DNA of 64,000 bases from Nitrospiraceae bacterium (GCA_050246315.1 JBFWWG010000002.1:460811-524810), one strand, 5' to 3'. Positions 18,885 through 28,491 are shown, counted from the first letter of the stretch. Notes: a model not told the origin generated them from the sequence alone. Numbers and translations are program-made.

Positions 18885-19364
18885 ATGATGGTGGGGCATT
18901 GGCGGTTCCTTTGGTGTGCCGCTCTGCTCATCATCATTTGGGTCACCACCGTCCCCGGCAACGTATTCGTGGGTCACTCCCATTGGTTCATCGTCAAGTG
19001 GATTCCGCTTCAGGGTTTCAGATTGTCCTTCGAGTACCTGACCGATCTCGCAGGCAACATCCTCCTGTTCGTTCCGTTAGGGTACTCCCAACTACATCTG
19101 GAATCGCGCCTGGGACGGAGCGGCATCCCAGGAGCCGTGGTTCTCGGCGTGATCCTGTCCCTCTCTGTAGAGTTATTCCAGGTCTATTCGCACGGACGCG
19201 CGCCGTCGGTGACCGATGTCTTGTGCAATGGTGTCGGAGCCTGTATCGGCGCGTTGGCAGCCCGGTGGGAATCGCTTACTTCCATCCCACCACGTCAGAC
19301 CCATGCTCTCGGCGACAGTGATTCACGTACGGCTTGTAAACCTGACTGGGCCGGTGATGGCTGA
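18885..19364 (+). CDS. VanZ-family membrane protein
   Basis: GNILLFVPLG, SVELFQ, GRAPSVTDVLCNGVGA. Confidence 0.85.
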   Translation: MMVGHWRFLWCAALLIIIWVTTVPGNVFVGHSHWFIVKWIPLQGFRLSFEYLTDLAGNILLFVPLGYSQLHLESRLGRSGIPGAVVLGVILSLSVELFQVYSHGRAPSVTDVLCNGVGACIGALAARWESLTSIPPRQTHALGDSDSRTACKPDWAGDG

Positions 19365-19402
19365 ACATTGAAGGGAGCAAGCCGTGCGTGGCTCCGCCGG
19401 CC
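19181..19402 (+). repeat. Left 222-bp direct repeat of island (copy at 29734-29955)
   Basis: Ungapped alignment to 29734-29955, ~27 mismatches by manual count. Confidence 0.95.
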
Positions 19403-19559
19403 ATCGGTCCATAACTGGAGATCTTTGAACGTGACCCTCACAACCTGAGAGGCACATGTTACACACTTCCCTTACATTCTAAGCCGCGATGACATGCGAA
19501 TCGCACTCTCCAGTCAGAAGGAGATCGGATCCAAGGGAGGGAGACAAACATCCGACGGC

Positions 19560-21005
19560 TTAGTTATCTTGGAGCGGAACTAACAACAGGCCGGAACCTC
19601 CCGGCACAGTCAGAGACAAGCACCCTCGCCTACAGGGATAGGGCCTGTTACTGAACGGATCGACGTAGGCGACCGCACTTTGCCCAAGCACCTTGGTTCC
19701 GAGATTGATGGTCACCGACGCGGGTTGATCCTGGTTATTGAAGAGAAGGACTGTATGGTGCTTCACAGTCTGTCTCAGAAAAACACACAGGTTCTGACGG
19801 GTATCGATCAATATCTCCTGCCAGTCACCCTGGCGTAAGGGCATACATGTTTTTCTGACGGCCACCATTCGCTTCGTGAATTCCATCAGGTCATGGTTCC
19901 ACTTCTCTGGATCCCATTCCATGGCCCGCCGATTGTCCGGATCCCGTCCTCCCGTGAGACCAACTTCGTCGCCGTAGTAGATAATCGGAATCCCCGGATA
20001 GACGAATTGAAACAGCAGCGCGAGCTTCAGACGTTCCCAGTCACCTCGTGCAACCGTGGCGATCCGTTCAGTGTCATGAGAACCCAAAGGATTAGCCATG
20101 ACGATGGTATGATCCCACGGATGGTGATGAACGAGCTTACGAAGCCGTGCCGAGAACGCTCGGACGTCGATCGCACGAGCGATAAAAAAGTCCAGCACGA
20201 TCTCACGAAGGAGATAATTCGTCGCGCCATCGAATTGACCATTTCCAACCCATGGAGCGGCATCGCCCCACACTTCTGCCAACAGATATGCCTCAGGGTT
20301 TTTCTTCCTGACCGCTCTGCATAACTCCTTCCAAAAGGCATGGCCTCGAACCTCACCAACCGCATCCACGCGCCACCCATCTATCCCTTGCCCCATCCAA
20401 TAGTTGGCGACGTCTATGAAGTATCTGCGCGTCTCCGGATTCTGCAGGTTAAGAATCGGCATTACCGGCCGGCCCTGCCATCCTCTATAGTTCGCCGGCC
20501 CTCGACAGAACGGTCTGATGGGAAACCGATCGATATGAAACCATTTCCGATATACCGATCGCGGTCCGTTTTCCAGGACGTCGTAGAAGGGATAGAAGCC
20601 GCGGCCACAGTGATTAAAGACACCGTCGAGGAGCACACGGATTTCACTCGCATGAGCTTTGGCGATAAGTGTCTGGAAGTCCTCCAGTTTTCCCAACCGC
20701 GGATCGATGGTGTAGTAATCAAACGTGTTGTACCGATGATTAGAGGATGAAAGAAAGATCGGTGTCAGATAGATGACGTTCACGCCAAGATCGACCAAGT
20801 AATCCAAACGATCGATAATGCCCTGGAGTGTCCCTCCCATGAAGCCATGCCGCGTGGGTCGCACCGCCCACCGCGCACGTACCGCGGGTTCCCGCAGGTT
20901 GGTTCCCTTAGCGAACCGGTCTGGGAAGATGTGGTAGATCACCGCATCGCGCGCCCATACCGGCGCAGGGCTGAGATCAGCGCCTGTCGACGTTAGTCCG
21001 CGCAT
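19560..21005 (-). CDS. GH13 glycoside hydrolase (neopullulanase/maltodextrin glucosidase-like)
   Basis: YHIFPDRF, IYLTPIF, DGVFNH, GIDGWRVDA, AEVW, SHDTER, IYYGDE. Confidence 0.92.
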   Translation of the reverse strand: MRGLTSTGADLSPAPVWARDAVIYHIFPDRFAKGTNLREPAVRARWAVRPTRHGFMGGTLQGIIDRLDYLVDLGVNVIYLTPIFLSSSNHRYNTFDYYTIDPRLGKLEDFQTLIAKAHASEIRVLLDGVFNHCGRGFYPFYDVLENGPRSVYRKWFHIDRFPIRPFCRGPANYRGWQGRPVMPILNLQNPETRRYFIDVANYWMGQGIDGWRVDAVGEVRGHAFWKELCRAVRKKNPEAYLLAEVWGDAAPWVGNGQFDGATNYLLREIVLDFFIARAIDVRAFSARLRKLVHHHPWDHTIVMANPLGSHDTERIATVARGDWERLKLALLFQFVYPGIPIIYYGDEVGLTGGRDPDNRRAMEWDPEKWNHDLMEFTKRMVAVRKTCMPLRQGDWQEILIDTRQNLCVFLRQTVKHHTVLLFNNQDQPASVTINLGTKVLGQSAVAYVDPFSNRPYPCRRGCLSLTVPGGSGLLLVPLQDN

Positions 21006-21136
21006 GGTACAGCGAATAGAGAAGAGAGCAGGGCGACCGGACGGCTCAGGGGGCTCGCACCGGAAGCGTGGGGCCCGAACCGCCCTTGAAGTCCAATCTC
21101 GGCGGACACCAGACTGACGATGCCAACAGAATGGAA

Positions 21137-21667
21137 TTAACAGCAGGTCCCAACGCTAGGCGTGCAACATCCGCAGTCGGATCCCATGCCAGCACAGCAA
21201 TCGTGATATGAACAGCACCCTCCGGCACAACAACTTGTCATCTTCGATGAAGAACATGCAGGACAGCCCGGGCACGCACATGCCCCAAAAGATGGTCCCG
21301 CGGCAATCCCTTGCAGCAAACGAGTGCCGGTTAGAAGTCCGGAATTCAACAACTCGACTCCCAACTTCACGGTCGTGGTCAACCGGTCGAATAATGACCC
21401 CCCCGTCTCGGATGGTCCTGGGCTCCAACTAGACGTGGCGAACGGCACCGCTTGACCAGGAATGGATGCCCCGGCGGAATGAGAAAACCCGAACGGCCAC
21501 GGAGCTCTTCCCTCAGGGGGAAATGACCCGAAAGTCGGTCCGGTGGCATGGGCGAACGGAGGCGTCCCGCGTGTCTGTTCGACACGCTTCTTATACTCCT
21601 GAAATTCAGCCTTCGCTTTTTTCTCTTTCTCCTGAGACAAATCTTTTGCAGCCTGACGGGTGGCCAT
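21137..21667 (-). CDS. Hypothetical protein with amphipathic helix and extremely Cys-rich C-terminus
   Basis: AGGAGA RBS + MATRQ; tail CACPGCPAC...SCCAGGCCSYHDCC...CGCC...GTCC. Confidence 0.8.
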   Translation of the reverse strand: MATRQAAKDLSQEKEKKAKAEFQEYKKRVEQTRGTPPFAHATGPTFGSFPPEGRAPWPFGFSHSAGASIPGQAVPFATSSWSPGPSETGGSLFDRLTTTVKLGVELLNSGLLTGTRLLQGIAAGPSFGACACPGCPACSSSKMTSCCAGGCCSYHDCCAGMGSDCGCCTPSVGTCC

Positions 21668-21696
21668 AGGGTTCTCCTGGGCTCTGTGGTCAATGA

Positions 21697-22329
21697 TCAG
21701 CAACTAAACACTTCACACCATCGAATCCGCGCGGTCATGTTGAGAACCAGCACGGTCACATGCGCGCCAGGCTTGGTGGTGATAATGCCTTCTTTGATCT
21801 GGTACCCATCCTGAGGACCGGCCTGCTTGACCCAGGCGAGTATCGTGTTTTCACTATCCCGTACCAACACAAACACCAGCGCGGGGACATTGGGGGACGG
21901 AATGGTCGGCGTATATTCAATCGAAAGATGCACACAGCAGCCACCCCCGATGAAGGCGTTGCCCATCCCTGCCTTTCCAATCTCAAGAGCTTGATTCCCC
22001 GCCTTCAGGTCGCCGCCTGCTCCCTTTTCCTCCACCTCTTCCATCCCCATCCGGCTGATTATGGGCGCCGCGACCTTCAGATGCTGGAGCATCTCCCCGG
22101 CCTTATCGGTCTTCTGATTGAGCGCGGTGTCGGCTTGCACCAATAACTCCTTGGACTCTTTGCGACACTCACGATGCCAACAACAACACTTGCCGGCGGG
22201 ATGACAGCAGTTCTTACAAAACCCGGATGCGCCAGAATGAGGGAAGGAAAGTGAGCCAAAGGGACCATACGCAATCCCGGGGTAGGACAATGCCGAAGAA
22301 CCGGAATAGAAGGGTCGTCCATGCGTCAT
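21697..22329 (-). CDS. Cys-rich beta-domain protein, paralogue of 22360-22827
   Basis: CKNCCHPAGKCCCW; IGGGCCVHLSIEY ... ARIRWCEVFSC. Confidence 0.8.
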   Translation of the reverse strand: MTHGRPFYSGSSALSYPGIAYGPFGSLSFPHSGASGFCKNCCHPAGKCCCWHRECRKESKELLVQADTALNQKTDKAGEMLQHLKVAAPIISRMGMEEVEEKGAGGDLKAGNQALEIGKAGMGNAFIGGGCCVHLSIEYTPTIPSPNVPALVFVLVRDSENTILAWVKQAGPQDGYQIKEGIITTKPGAHVTVLVLNMTARIRWCEVFSC

Positions 22330-22359
22330 CTCGTCAACCTTTCCTTTCTTGACTCGGTC

Positions 22360-22827
22360 CTAACAACAGACCCGTTCACACCATCGTAACCGAGCCATTA
22401 CGTCTGTGGCTTCTACGGTCACTTTCGAACCCGGAGCCGCTGCACTGAAATCAGTCTTGACATGATAGCCGCCGGCAATCGGCGTCTCCTGCCAGGTCAC
22501 GGTATTACCCGCAAGCGTCACACTGACTTGAATAGAGGCAGATGTAGCACCTTCCTTCGGGAGGTACTCCAACGTCAGATGGACTGACCCATACCCACCG
22601 ATCAAGGCCTCCTTTGTCGTGACCGTGTTATCGACTACGACTTCCTGAGGCACGAGCATCGGGTAGGTCATGCCGCTCCAGATCCCCGCCTCGGAGGTCG
22701 GGATCAGGACATACGGTACCAGGATGGCGTACATCGCGGGACTCCCTCCACGGCACCCCGGGTATTGAGATGACAAACACGGATGGCAGAGTGCAGGATG
22801 CCACATGGCATAGGGATGATACATCAT
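22360..22827 (-). CDS. Cys-containing beta-domain protein, paralogue of 21697-22329
   Basis: IGGYGSVHLTLEY ... ARLRWCERVCC; ATGA-coupled. Confidence 0.8.
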   Translation of the reverse strand: MMYHPYAMWHPALCHPCLSSQYPGCRGGSPAMYAILVPYVLIPTSEAGIWSGMTYPMLVPQEVVVDNTVTTKEALIGGYGSVHLTLEYLPKEGATSASIQVSVTLAGNTVTWQETPIAGGYHVKTDFSAAAPGSKVTVEATDVMARLRWCERVCC

Positions 22828-23021
22828 GTGTCTCCTTGGTTAGATGGCGACGATTCCTTAGTCAGCTCCTTAGTGATTTTCAGCGCATCCTCGACGATCT
22901 GGAAGCCGCCATTCACAAACGAGGTAATCAGATCGGCAAACTGTTTGGGAATTTGATTGTCGAGGATCTGTGTAGACGTTTGGTTGATCAGTTTCGTGAC
23001 TTGTCCAAGTACTGTGGCCAT
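22824..23021 (-). CDS. 65-aa amphipathic-helix protein
   Basis: AAGGA RBS; heptad-like hydrophobic spacing; coupled to next gene. Confidence 0.7.
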   Translation of the reverse strand: MATVLGQVTKLINQTSTQILDNQIPKQFADLITSFVNGGFQIVEDALKITKELTKESSPSNQGDT

Positions 23022-23063
23022 ACATGCATCCTTTCCTATATTGATGCGGACACGCTCACGGGC

Positions 23064-24527
23064 TCAATTCCGCGAGAACGTCTCCGCATGCTGGGAGGCG
23101 CGACCCGAGGTACACCCACCCAGATGACCGTCGAGAAGCTGGACACCCTTGGTCAGGACTTCGAGGCCCCAATTGAAACTTTGCAGAGGCTCCAAGGCCA
23201 TACGTCCTGAGGCCTTTGCCATACTATTGAACGCCGAGACCGTGAGATCGAGCGGACCCATCATGCCACGCTCCTCAAGCTGTAGGATCGCCCCCCAGGC
23301 CGTTGGATCTCGTGGAAGCGCATGAAACAAGGCTTTGGGCACCAGGCAGGCGCTCTGGGAAATCACTCCGCTGAACACGCCACTGCAAAATTCTTGAAAC
23401 TGCCGATCTCGCATGGTGAGCCGCGCGATATTCTTGAGTACGAACAAACAAAATTCTTTCAGATTTGGATTCTTGGCAATCGAGAGAAACAATTCGGCGG
23501 TGCGCCAATCCAACTCGAATTGCTTTTCCCATTGCTCCTGGTACCATCGGAGCGTCTCGACGGAACAATCCCCGATTGAGACCGCGCGGCGCGCCGCCTC
23601 GGAGGCCCAATAGGCGCTTTCCATCGCTTTGTGAATTCCTCCCCCGTTCAGAGGATCGGCCTGATTCGCCGCATCGCCGATAAGCATGATTCGATCGGCC
23701 ACGATCCGATTCGGCTTATAAAACGCCACAGCCCCGCCGGAGACGCCGCCGCACTGAGAGGCCTCCCCTAACAAGTCGGCCAAGTCGTCTTTGAGGAAGG
23801 CTTGAAACGTCTCCTTGAGGTTTTGAATCACAGGAAAGGTCTTGTCAAACGCATACCCCAGCCCGATATTGGCGAAGCCTTCGTCATCGACGAATACCCA
23901 TCCGTAACCCGGGAAGAAGCGCTCGTCGAAATAGACCTTGATCTGTGATCCCTGATATTTCACATTGCGGTAATACGTGCGCAAGGAAAGTGCGGTCGCC
24001 CCGTCCCTGAGCACATTGCCGATCGAGCGGGACACGACCGAGCTCACTCCATCGGCACCAATGACCATCCTGCCTCTGAAGTCGACCTGCTTGTTGCCGC
24101 TGTCCACGGTAACAACGACTGAGTCGGACTGATGCACAATTCCGCGGACGGGACAGTTTGGCTCAAAGCGGGCTCCTGAGGCCATCGCATTGTTCACTAG
24201 AATATGATCGAAACGCCGCCGATCGAGGAGAATACAGAAATCGGGGTACTTGGTATTCGGAGGAAAACCGCCGGTCAGGACCAGCTCTCGGTTGATATAG
24301 AGATCGCAGCGCTTGATGCAGGATTTCGTATGGTCGAGGACTTCATCGACACAGCCCAGCAGGTCGAGCCAATAGATCGTCTGCGGGGTAAGACCGTCGC
24401 CGCAGACTTTGTCCCTTGGAAAGTCGGCGCGATCGAGCAGAAGAGTCGAAAGCCCCTTCCGCGCCGCGAACGCAGCGGCGCTGCTGCCGCCTGGACCCGC
24501 TCCAACCACGATGACATCGTACATCAT
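23064..24527 (-). CDS. Geranylgeranyl-reductase-family FAD oxidoreductase with C-terminal extension
   Basis: VVGAGPGGS, FPRDKVCGDG, RRRFD, IGADG, GYGWVF, LIGDAA..DPLNGGGI. Confidence 0.9.
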   Translation of the reverse strand: MMYDVIVVGAGPGGSSAAAFAARKGLSTLLLDRADFPRDKVCGDGLTPQTIYWLDLLGCVDEVLDHTKSCIKRCDLYINRELVLTGGFPPNTKYPDFCILLDRRRFDHILVNNAMASGARFEPNCPVRGIVHQSDSVVVTVDSGNKQVDFRGRMVIGADGVSSVVSRSIGNVLRDGATALSLRTYYRNVKYQGSQIKVYFDERFFPGYGWVFVDDEGFANIGLGYAFDKTFPVIQNLKETFQAFLKDDLADLLGEASQCGGVSGGAVAFYKPNRIVADRIMLIGDAANQADPLNGGGIHKAMESAYWASEAARRAVSIGDCSVETLRWYQEQWEKQFELDWRTAELFLSIAKNPNLKEFCLFVLKNIARLTMRDRQFQEFCSGVFSGVISQSACLVPKALFHALPRDPTAWGAILQLEERGMMGPLDLTVSAFNSMAKASGRMALEPLQSFNWGLEVLTKGVQLLDGHLGGCTSGRASQHAETFSRN

Positions 24528-24585
24528 AGCGGACGACCATCCGCGAACTGTGCTGTTTGGCCTTCGTTACCCGGCATCCTTGCCG

Positions 24586-25326
24586 TTACAAGCCCGGGGG
24601 CACCACAAGAAGTTTCACGGGAATTTCGAATGCCTGGTCTGAGACAACGATCACTTTCCCATGATACACATCAGAAGGAATACCCTGAGGCACCTCACCT
24701 CTTAACACAAATTTCTCGAAATCCATGGGTGCGATAGTCTTCGCGTTGGGTTTCACGATAAACCCTGTACAGGAAAACTTGGTTCCACTCACCTGACCGA
24801 CAAAACCATCAAGTTCCAACCTGACTTGCCGTGCCGCGCTGGGCGAATCGTTATTGATCGAAAACGACACCTGCGTACGTTGCCCCGGTGTCACAGGTAA
24901 TCGATTCGCGATGCAATAGCTCTCTTCAGCCGCTCCCGCCGGATCTTGGGATGATCGTCCAGCCGCCGTTGGTTCAGGTCCATCCCCGTGGTAGCCCGGT
25001 TGAGGTTGAGCGCTCGGCTGAGGACGATCACTGGCAGATGCCAGAATCGATTCTTGGACCATCGAGCCAAACCGATTAATCAGCGTCAGGCCCAGGCTCA
25101 GTCCCGCTTCGGCAAGATCTAATCCTTTCGCCAACGTCGCGCCGAGTTGGTCAGCCCTATTTAGGAGCGGGGTCCTCGGCGGCTCCTGCGAGGCGTGAGG
25201 TTGGCGTTTCTTGCTGGTTGCCCGCGGTCGCCTACCCGCCGCCTGTCCGCCTTTTCGGTAACCAGCCGGCTTGGCTTCTGTTTTCGCCGTCTTTTCCATC
25301 GATCTTTCCGCGTTGCTATCCGTCAT
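24586..25326 (-). CDS. Hypothetical protein: amphipathic helix + C-terminal Ig-like beta-sandwich
   Basis: ATGA overlap with upstream gene; DQLGATLAKGLDLAEAG; PG....VSFSINN...YHGKVIV. Confidence 0.75.
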   Translation of the reverse strand: MTDSNAERSMEKTAKTEAKPAGYRKGGQAAGRRPRATSKKRQPHASQEPPRTPLLNRADQLGATLAKGLDLAEAGLSLGLTLINRFGSMVQESILASASDRPQPSAQPQPGYHGDGPEPTAAGRSSQDPAGAAEESYCIANRLPVTPGQRTQVSFSINNDSPSAARQVRLELDGFVGQVSGTKFSCTGFIVKPNAKTIAPMDFEKFVLRGEVPQGIPSDVYHGKVIVVSDQAFEIPVKLLVVPPGL

Positions 25327-25589
25327 CGACAACATCCGCACCAAGAGCAAGACGGCTTACAGGTAACGGTGCAATGGTGATAAATGGCAGGACCGCAACC
25401 ATGGCACGGGCCATGAGCGCCTCCGGAATCCCAATGCCCGCGTCCTGGTATAACGCTTCCGATTATGCGTCCGACCAACCATACCCCTGTATGTACCGCG
25501 CTCAATGCCAATCCCATCGTCTGACCTAATGCGTCGACAAGTCCCTGTCCATGACACCCAAGGTCGTGAGCTGAATGTCGATGCCTCAT
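25323..25589 (-). CDS. 88-aa His/Cys-rich protein with amphipathic helix
   Basis: GLVDALGQTMGLAL; tail PCHGC...HHCTVTCKPSCSWCGCCR; 3 nt after previous stop. Confidence 0.7.
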   Translation of the reverse strand: MRHRHSAHDLGCHGQGLVDALGQTMGLALSAVHTGVWLVGRIIGSVIPGRGHWDSGGAHGPCHGCGPAIYHHCTVTCKPSCSWCGCCR

Positions 25590-25592
25590 GGA

Positions 25593-26363
25593 TCACTCTC
25601 CCCCGCTGACGGAACTGAACCCGGTCTCCACGGCCGTAACCGATGAGGCCATCGAGAACCTATTCGCAGGGTCGCCGACGTATAACCCTCCATGGTACCG
25701 CGCGGCTCCGCCCGGCATTGGACCGGTTGCGGTCCTCCCGGCGGTCGCATGGCCGGCAGCATGCGCCATCCCTGTCCCACTCCGGTGATGCGTACTTTGG
25801 CCAATCGGCTCATGTGGATGAGGCACGCATGGCATCACAACCTTTGAAGACATGGTCGAGACCTTGCTCGGAATTGCCGGATTTCCGGCCGTGGCTACCT
25901 CCGGAAAGCTGCGGTGCAGAGACCGGGACTGCTCGCGACGGGCGCGGTCTCTTGGCGTCAGAACGGTGTGCCCGTCGATGTTGATGCGAAACAGCTCGAT
26001 ACCGAGCAGTTTGCCTCGCAGCGTATAGCTTGAAGGAAGACAAAACTCCTGATGCAATCCTACGGACACCGGAGGTAACCGGCGCACATTCAGGTCGACC
26101 CCGGGCAGTTGGCGCAGGGAGAGATTGACTGTCGGTAAATTCGTGACGTTGAACTTCTCCACCCGGATCGGGTCCAGATTTCGAACCTCATTGACGCGCA
26201 GCGATTCCACTGAGATTGGGTCGATGTGATTAAGCTCCTTGATGTGAACGGCCGCCGGAGCAATATGACGGACCTCGCTGATGACCAAGGGATCGATGTT
26301 GCTCAGCTCGCTGATCCTCAGCTTCTCGATGTTTTTCGCTTCTTTGATTTTTATGTCGCCCAT
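25593..26363 (-). CDS. Hypothetical protein with N-terminal ~10-11-aa repeats
   Basis: IKEAKNIEKL/ISELSNIDPL/ISEVRHIAPA/IKELNHIDPI/VNEVRNLDPI then LPxVxL repeats; AAGGA RBS. Confidence 0.8.
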   Translation of the reverse strand: MGDIKIKEAKNIEKLRISELSNIDPLVISEVRHIAPAAVHIKELNHIDPISVESLRVNEVRNLDPIRVEKFNVTNLPTVNLSLRQLPGVDLNVRRLPPVSVGLHQEFCLPSSYTLRGKLLGIELFRINIDGHTVLTPRDRARREQSRSLHRSFPEVATAGNPAIPSKVSTMSSKVVMPCVPHPHEPIGQSTHHRSGTGMAHAAGHATAGRTATGPMPGGAARYHGGLYVGDPANRFSMASSVTAVETGFSSVSGGE

Positions 26364-26389
26364 GGCTTCATCCTTCCGTCAGCCGCTCC

Positions 26390-27103
26390 TCAGACCAGAC
26401 CGGGCCAATCATAGTTCATCTGAATCACCTTGGCCTCATCCTGAACTGTCGGATGGCTTTGCAATCGCACCGTGACCGTCCTGATAGTGAGGCTCCCGCT
26501 CCCAGTGACTTGGTAGAGAAACCACGGATCCGCCCCCGCACCGGGCTGCACCGCATGATCCACCAGCCATTCAACCGTCTGTGAGGAGCTGTCACGGATG
26601 AAGGCCCTGAACATCTGCATCGTGTTACTGGCATCGATATATGAATTGTCGTGCCCTTGCGGATAGTACAGGTCGATCCGTTTCGGAAAAATCTCGACGG
26701 ATGGCTGAGATACCGGCTCGGGACCACGACCGATAAGGGTGACGAATGCAAAGGCTTTTCGAAGGGGGTTTTCAACCGGGGTGGCCACAACCACGTCTGT
26801 CAACCCGTGAGGAAGGCTGCCTTTGGGAGGAGCCACGTAGAGCCCGGCCGGATCGATGGAGCCTGCACCGGAATTGCCGGCAAGGTCTTGGACGGTCCAA
26901 GTGACCTTGGACGTCGATCCGTTGTACACAACCGCGTCGAACCGCACTTGTGTATTGACCGGATCAACGAATCGTTCATCCTGGAAATAGAGTTCGGCAT
27001 TCTCCGGCCAGACCTCCACCTCTATTTGATGCTCGCAGAGCATCTCGTGCCACACGTGAACAGCAGAAGGAATGACGTGTCTGGACAGGGAATACGGGGT
27101 CAT
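26390..27103 (-). CDS. Hypothetical protein with Ig-like domains
   Basis: VTWTV......GSIDPAGLYVAP motif; second V.W.V unit; no signal peptide. Confidence 0.75.
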   Translation of the reverse strand: MTPYSLSRHVIPSAVHVWHEMLCEHQIEVEVWPENAELYFQDERFVDPVNTQVRFDAVVYNGSTSKVTWTVQDLAGNSGAGSIDPAGLYVAPPKGSLPHGLTDVVVATPVENPLRKAFAFVTLIGRGPEPVSQPSVEIFPKRIDLYYPQGHDNSYIDASNTMQMFRAFIRDSSSQTVEWLVDHAVQPGAGADPWFLYQVTGSGSLTIRTVTVRLQSHPTVQDEAKVIQMNYDWPGLV

Positions 27104-27130
27104 CGGCCTACCCGATCGAGGGTGGAGTTA

Positions 27131-27559
27131 TTACATCGCCTCCACACCTTCTTCGAAATCGCCGTCAGGCAACTCAATGGCACAATTCGCTATCTTGCCA
27201 AACAATTTGCCCTTGACGTTCAGCTTGGATTTACATCCCACTTTCCCTTTCACTTCAGCCTGCACACCCTTGGTGCCCAAGATCCCCTCAAGCCGCACGC
27301 TGGCGCCTTCAATCGTCACCGAAAACGGGGCCACTTTCACGCCAAAACTACCGAGCGACGCGATCATCTGCATACCACCGCGTCGTTTGAGAAAGGGGAT
27401 CGCCAGGTTAATCGGAATCTCGTCGACCTTGACGGCGATGCAACTGACCGTCGCGCTAAGCGCCCCCGTCGCTGTGGATTCAAAAGCGATCGGCGCGGTC
27501 ATCGCCTGCAGACTGAACTCGGGCTCGCTTTCCATCAGGATCTGAGAATTGAGCTTCAC
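27131..27559 (-). CDS. Hypothetical beta-rich protein
   Basis: AGGAGG RBS; GTGA overlap with upstream gene. Confidence 0.75.
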   Translation of the reverse strand: MKLNSQILMESEPEFSLQAMTAPIAFESTATGALSATVSCIAVKVDEIPINLAIPFLKRRGGMQMIASLGSFGVKVAPFSVTIEGASVRLEGILGTKGVQAEVKGKVGCKSKLNVKGKLFGKIANCAIELPDGDFEEGVEAM

Positions 27560-27765
27560 TGTTGCTCCTCCTGCTGATTGGCCGCCGCTGCGTGGATGCC
27601 ATCCGGATAAATACGTCCCACAAGATCACTGCACATCGCATCGACACGCTGGTTGAGCTTTTCAAACCCCTTCAACGCCTGTGCGATCTCCTCGCAGTTG
27701 GCCCCTTCAATTTCGAACGAGACAAAAGGGCCAAGCTTAATCCTCAGTATCATGTTGGCGGGCAT
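27556..27765 (-). CDS. 69-aa hypothetical protein
   Basis: Operon position, coupled to next gene. Confidence 0.7.
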   Translation of the reverse strand: MPANMILRIKLGPFVSFEIEGANCEEIAQALKGFEKLNQRVDAMCSDLVGRIYPDGIHAAAANQQEEQQ

Positions 27766-27819
27766 TCTACCACCCTTCTCGAAGAAAACATATGTCAGAC
27801 CCCGGCATCGTCGCCCTCG

Positions 27820-28491
27820 TCACCGCCTTGATTTCGACTTTCGAGCGGATCCGGATCGTGATACCTGTTCTGCACTATTAGGTTTCATTTCACGCCGCAT
27901 ACCGTTCATAGGCTTTCCGTTCCCATTCATGCGCGAACTCTCATGAAGATTCTTGTCGCACTCTTGCAGGACATCTACCATCTCGCCAAGCGCACTGAGC
28001 AGGACCTCCAGCGCTTCTCGCTGCTGCTTATCCAACGTGGCGTACAGCTCTTCGAGTTTCTTCTCCAGATCACGGCCTTCTTGCGAATTTCGGAATTCTC
28101 TTCCTCGCTCGCGAAGAATGTTTCCGAATTGGTCCAGAATGGAAATCACACCATAGAGGAGATCCACCGACAGCTTCCTTTCCAAGTTTTCATCAGCGAA
28201 GGGCTCCGGTTGACAAATGGGGCAGGCAAGCGGGCGTTCGTCGGGCGTCAGCGACCACCGGGCAAACAAGGCCGACCGGGAAGACTCCGGAATTGCTGGG
28301 CAATGACTCCGATGCAGCCGTCCGCAGACAGGGTCGAACTGCATGGGTGCTTGTGCGGCTTCATCGCGATAATCAATCCGAAAGAGCGGATACCTTCCGC
28401 TTAGCTTTCCGTCCGCATGCCAGTCCTGGAGCGAAATCGCGAATGCATCAGCCCATAACATTCCGGTAGCCGCCTTCTGATCGTTATTCAT
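27820..28491 (-). CDS. Hypothetical protein with LHxxxC...CxxC metal-binding motif and helical C-terminus
   Basis: RLHRSHCPAI...ACPICQP; overlaps upstream stop. Confidence 0.75.
   Translation of the reverse strand: MNNDQKAATGMLWADAFAISLQDWHADGKLSGRYPLFRIDYRDEAAQAPMQFDPVCGRLHRSHCPAIPESSRSALFARWSLTPDERPLACPICQPEPFADENLERKLSVDLLYGVISILDQFGNILRERGREFRNSQEGRDLEKKLEELYATLDKQQREALEVLLSALGEMVDVLQECDKNLHESSRMNGNGKPMNGMRREMKPNSAEQVSRSGSARKSKSRR

Noticed and set aside
21137..28491. Gas vesicle, BMC or encapsulin cluster
   Set aside because: No GvpA, BMC-shell or encapsulin signature recognisable in any of the small proteins
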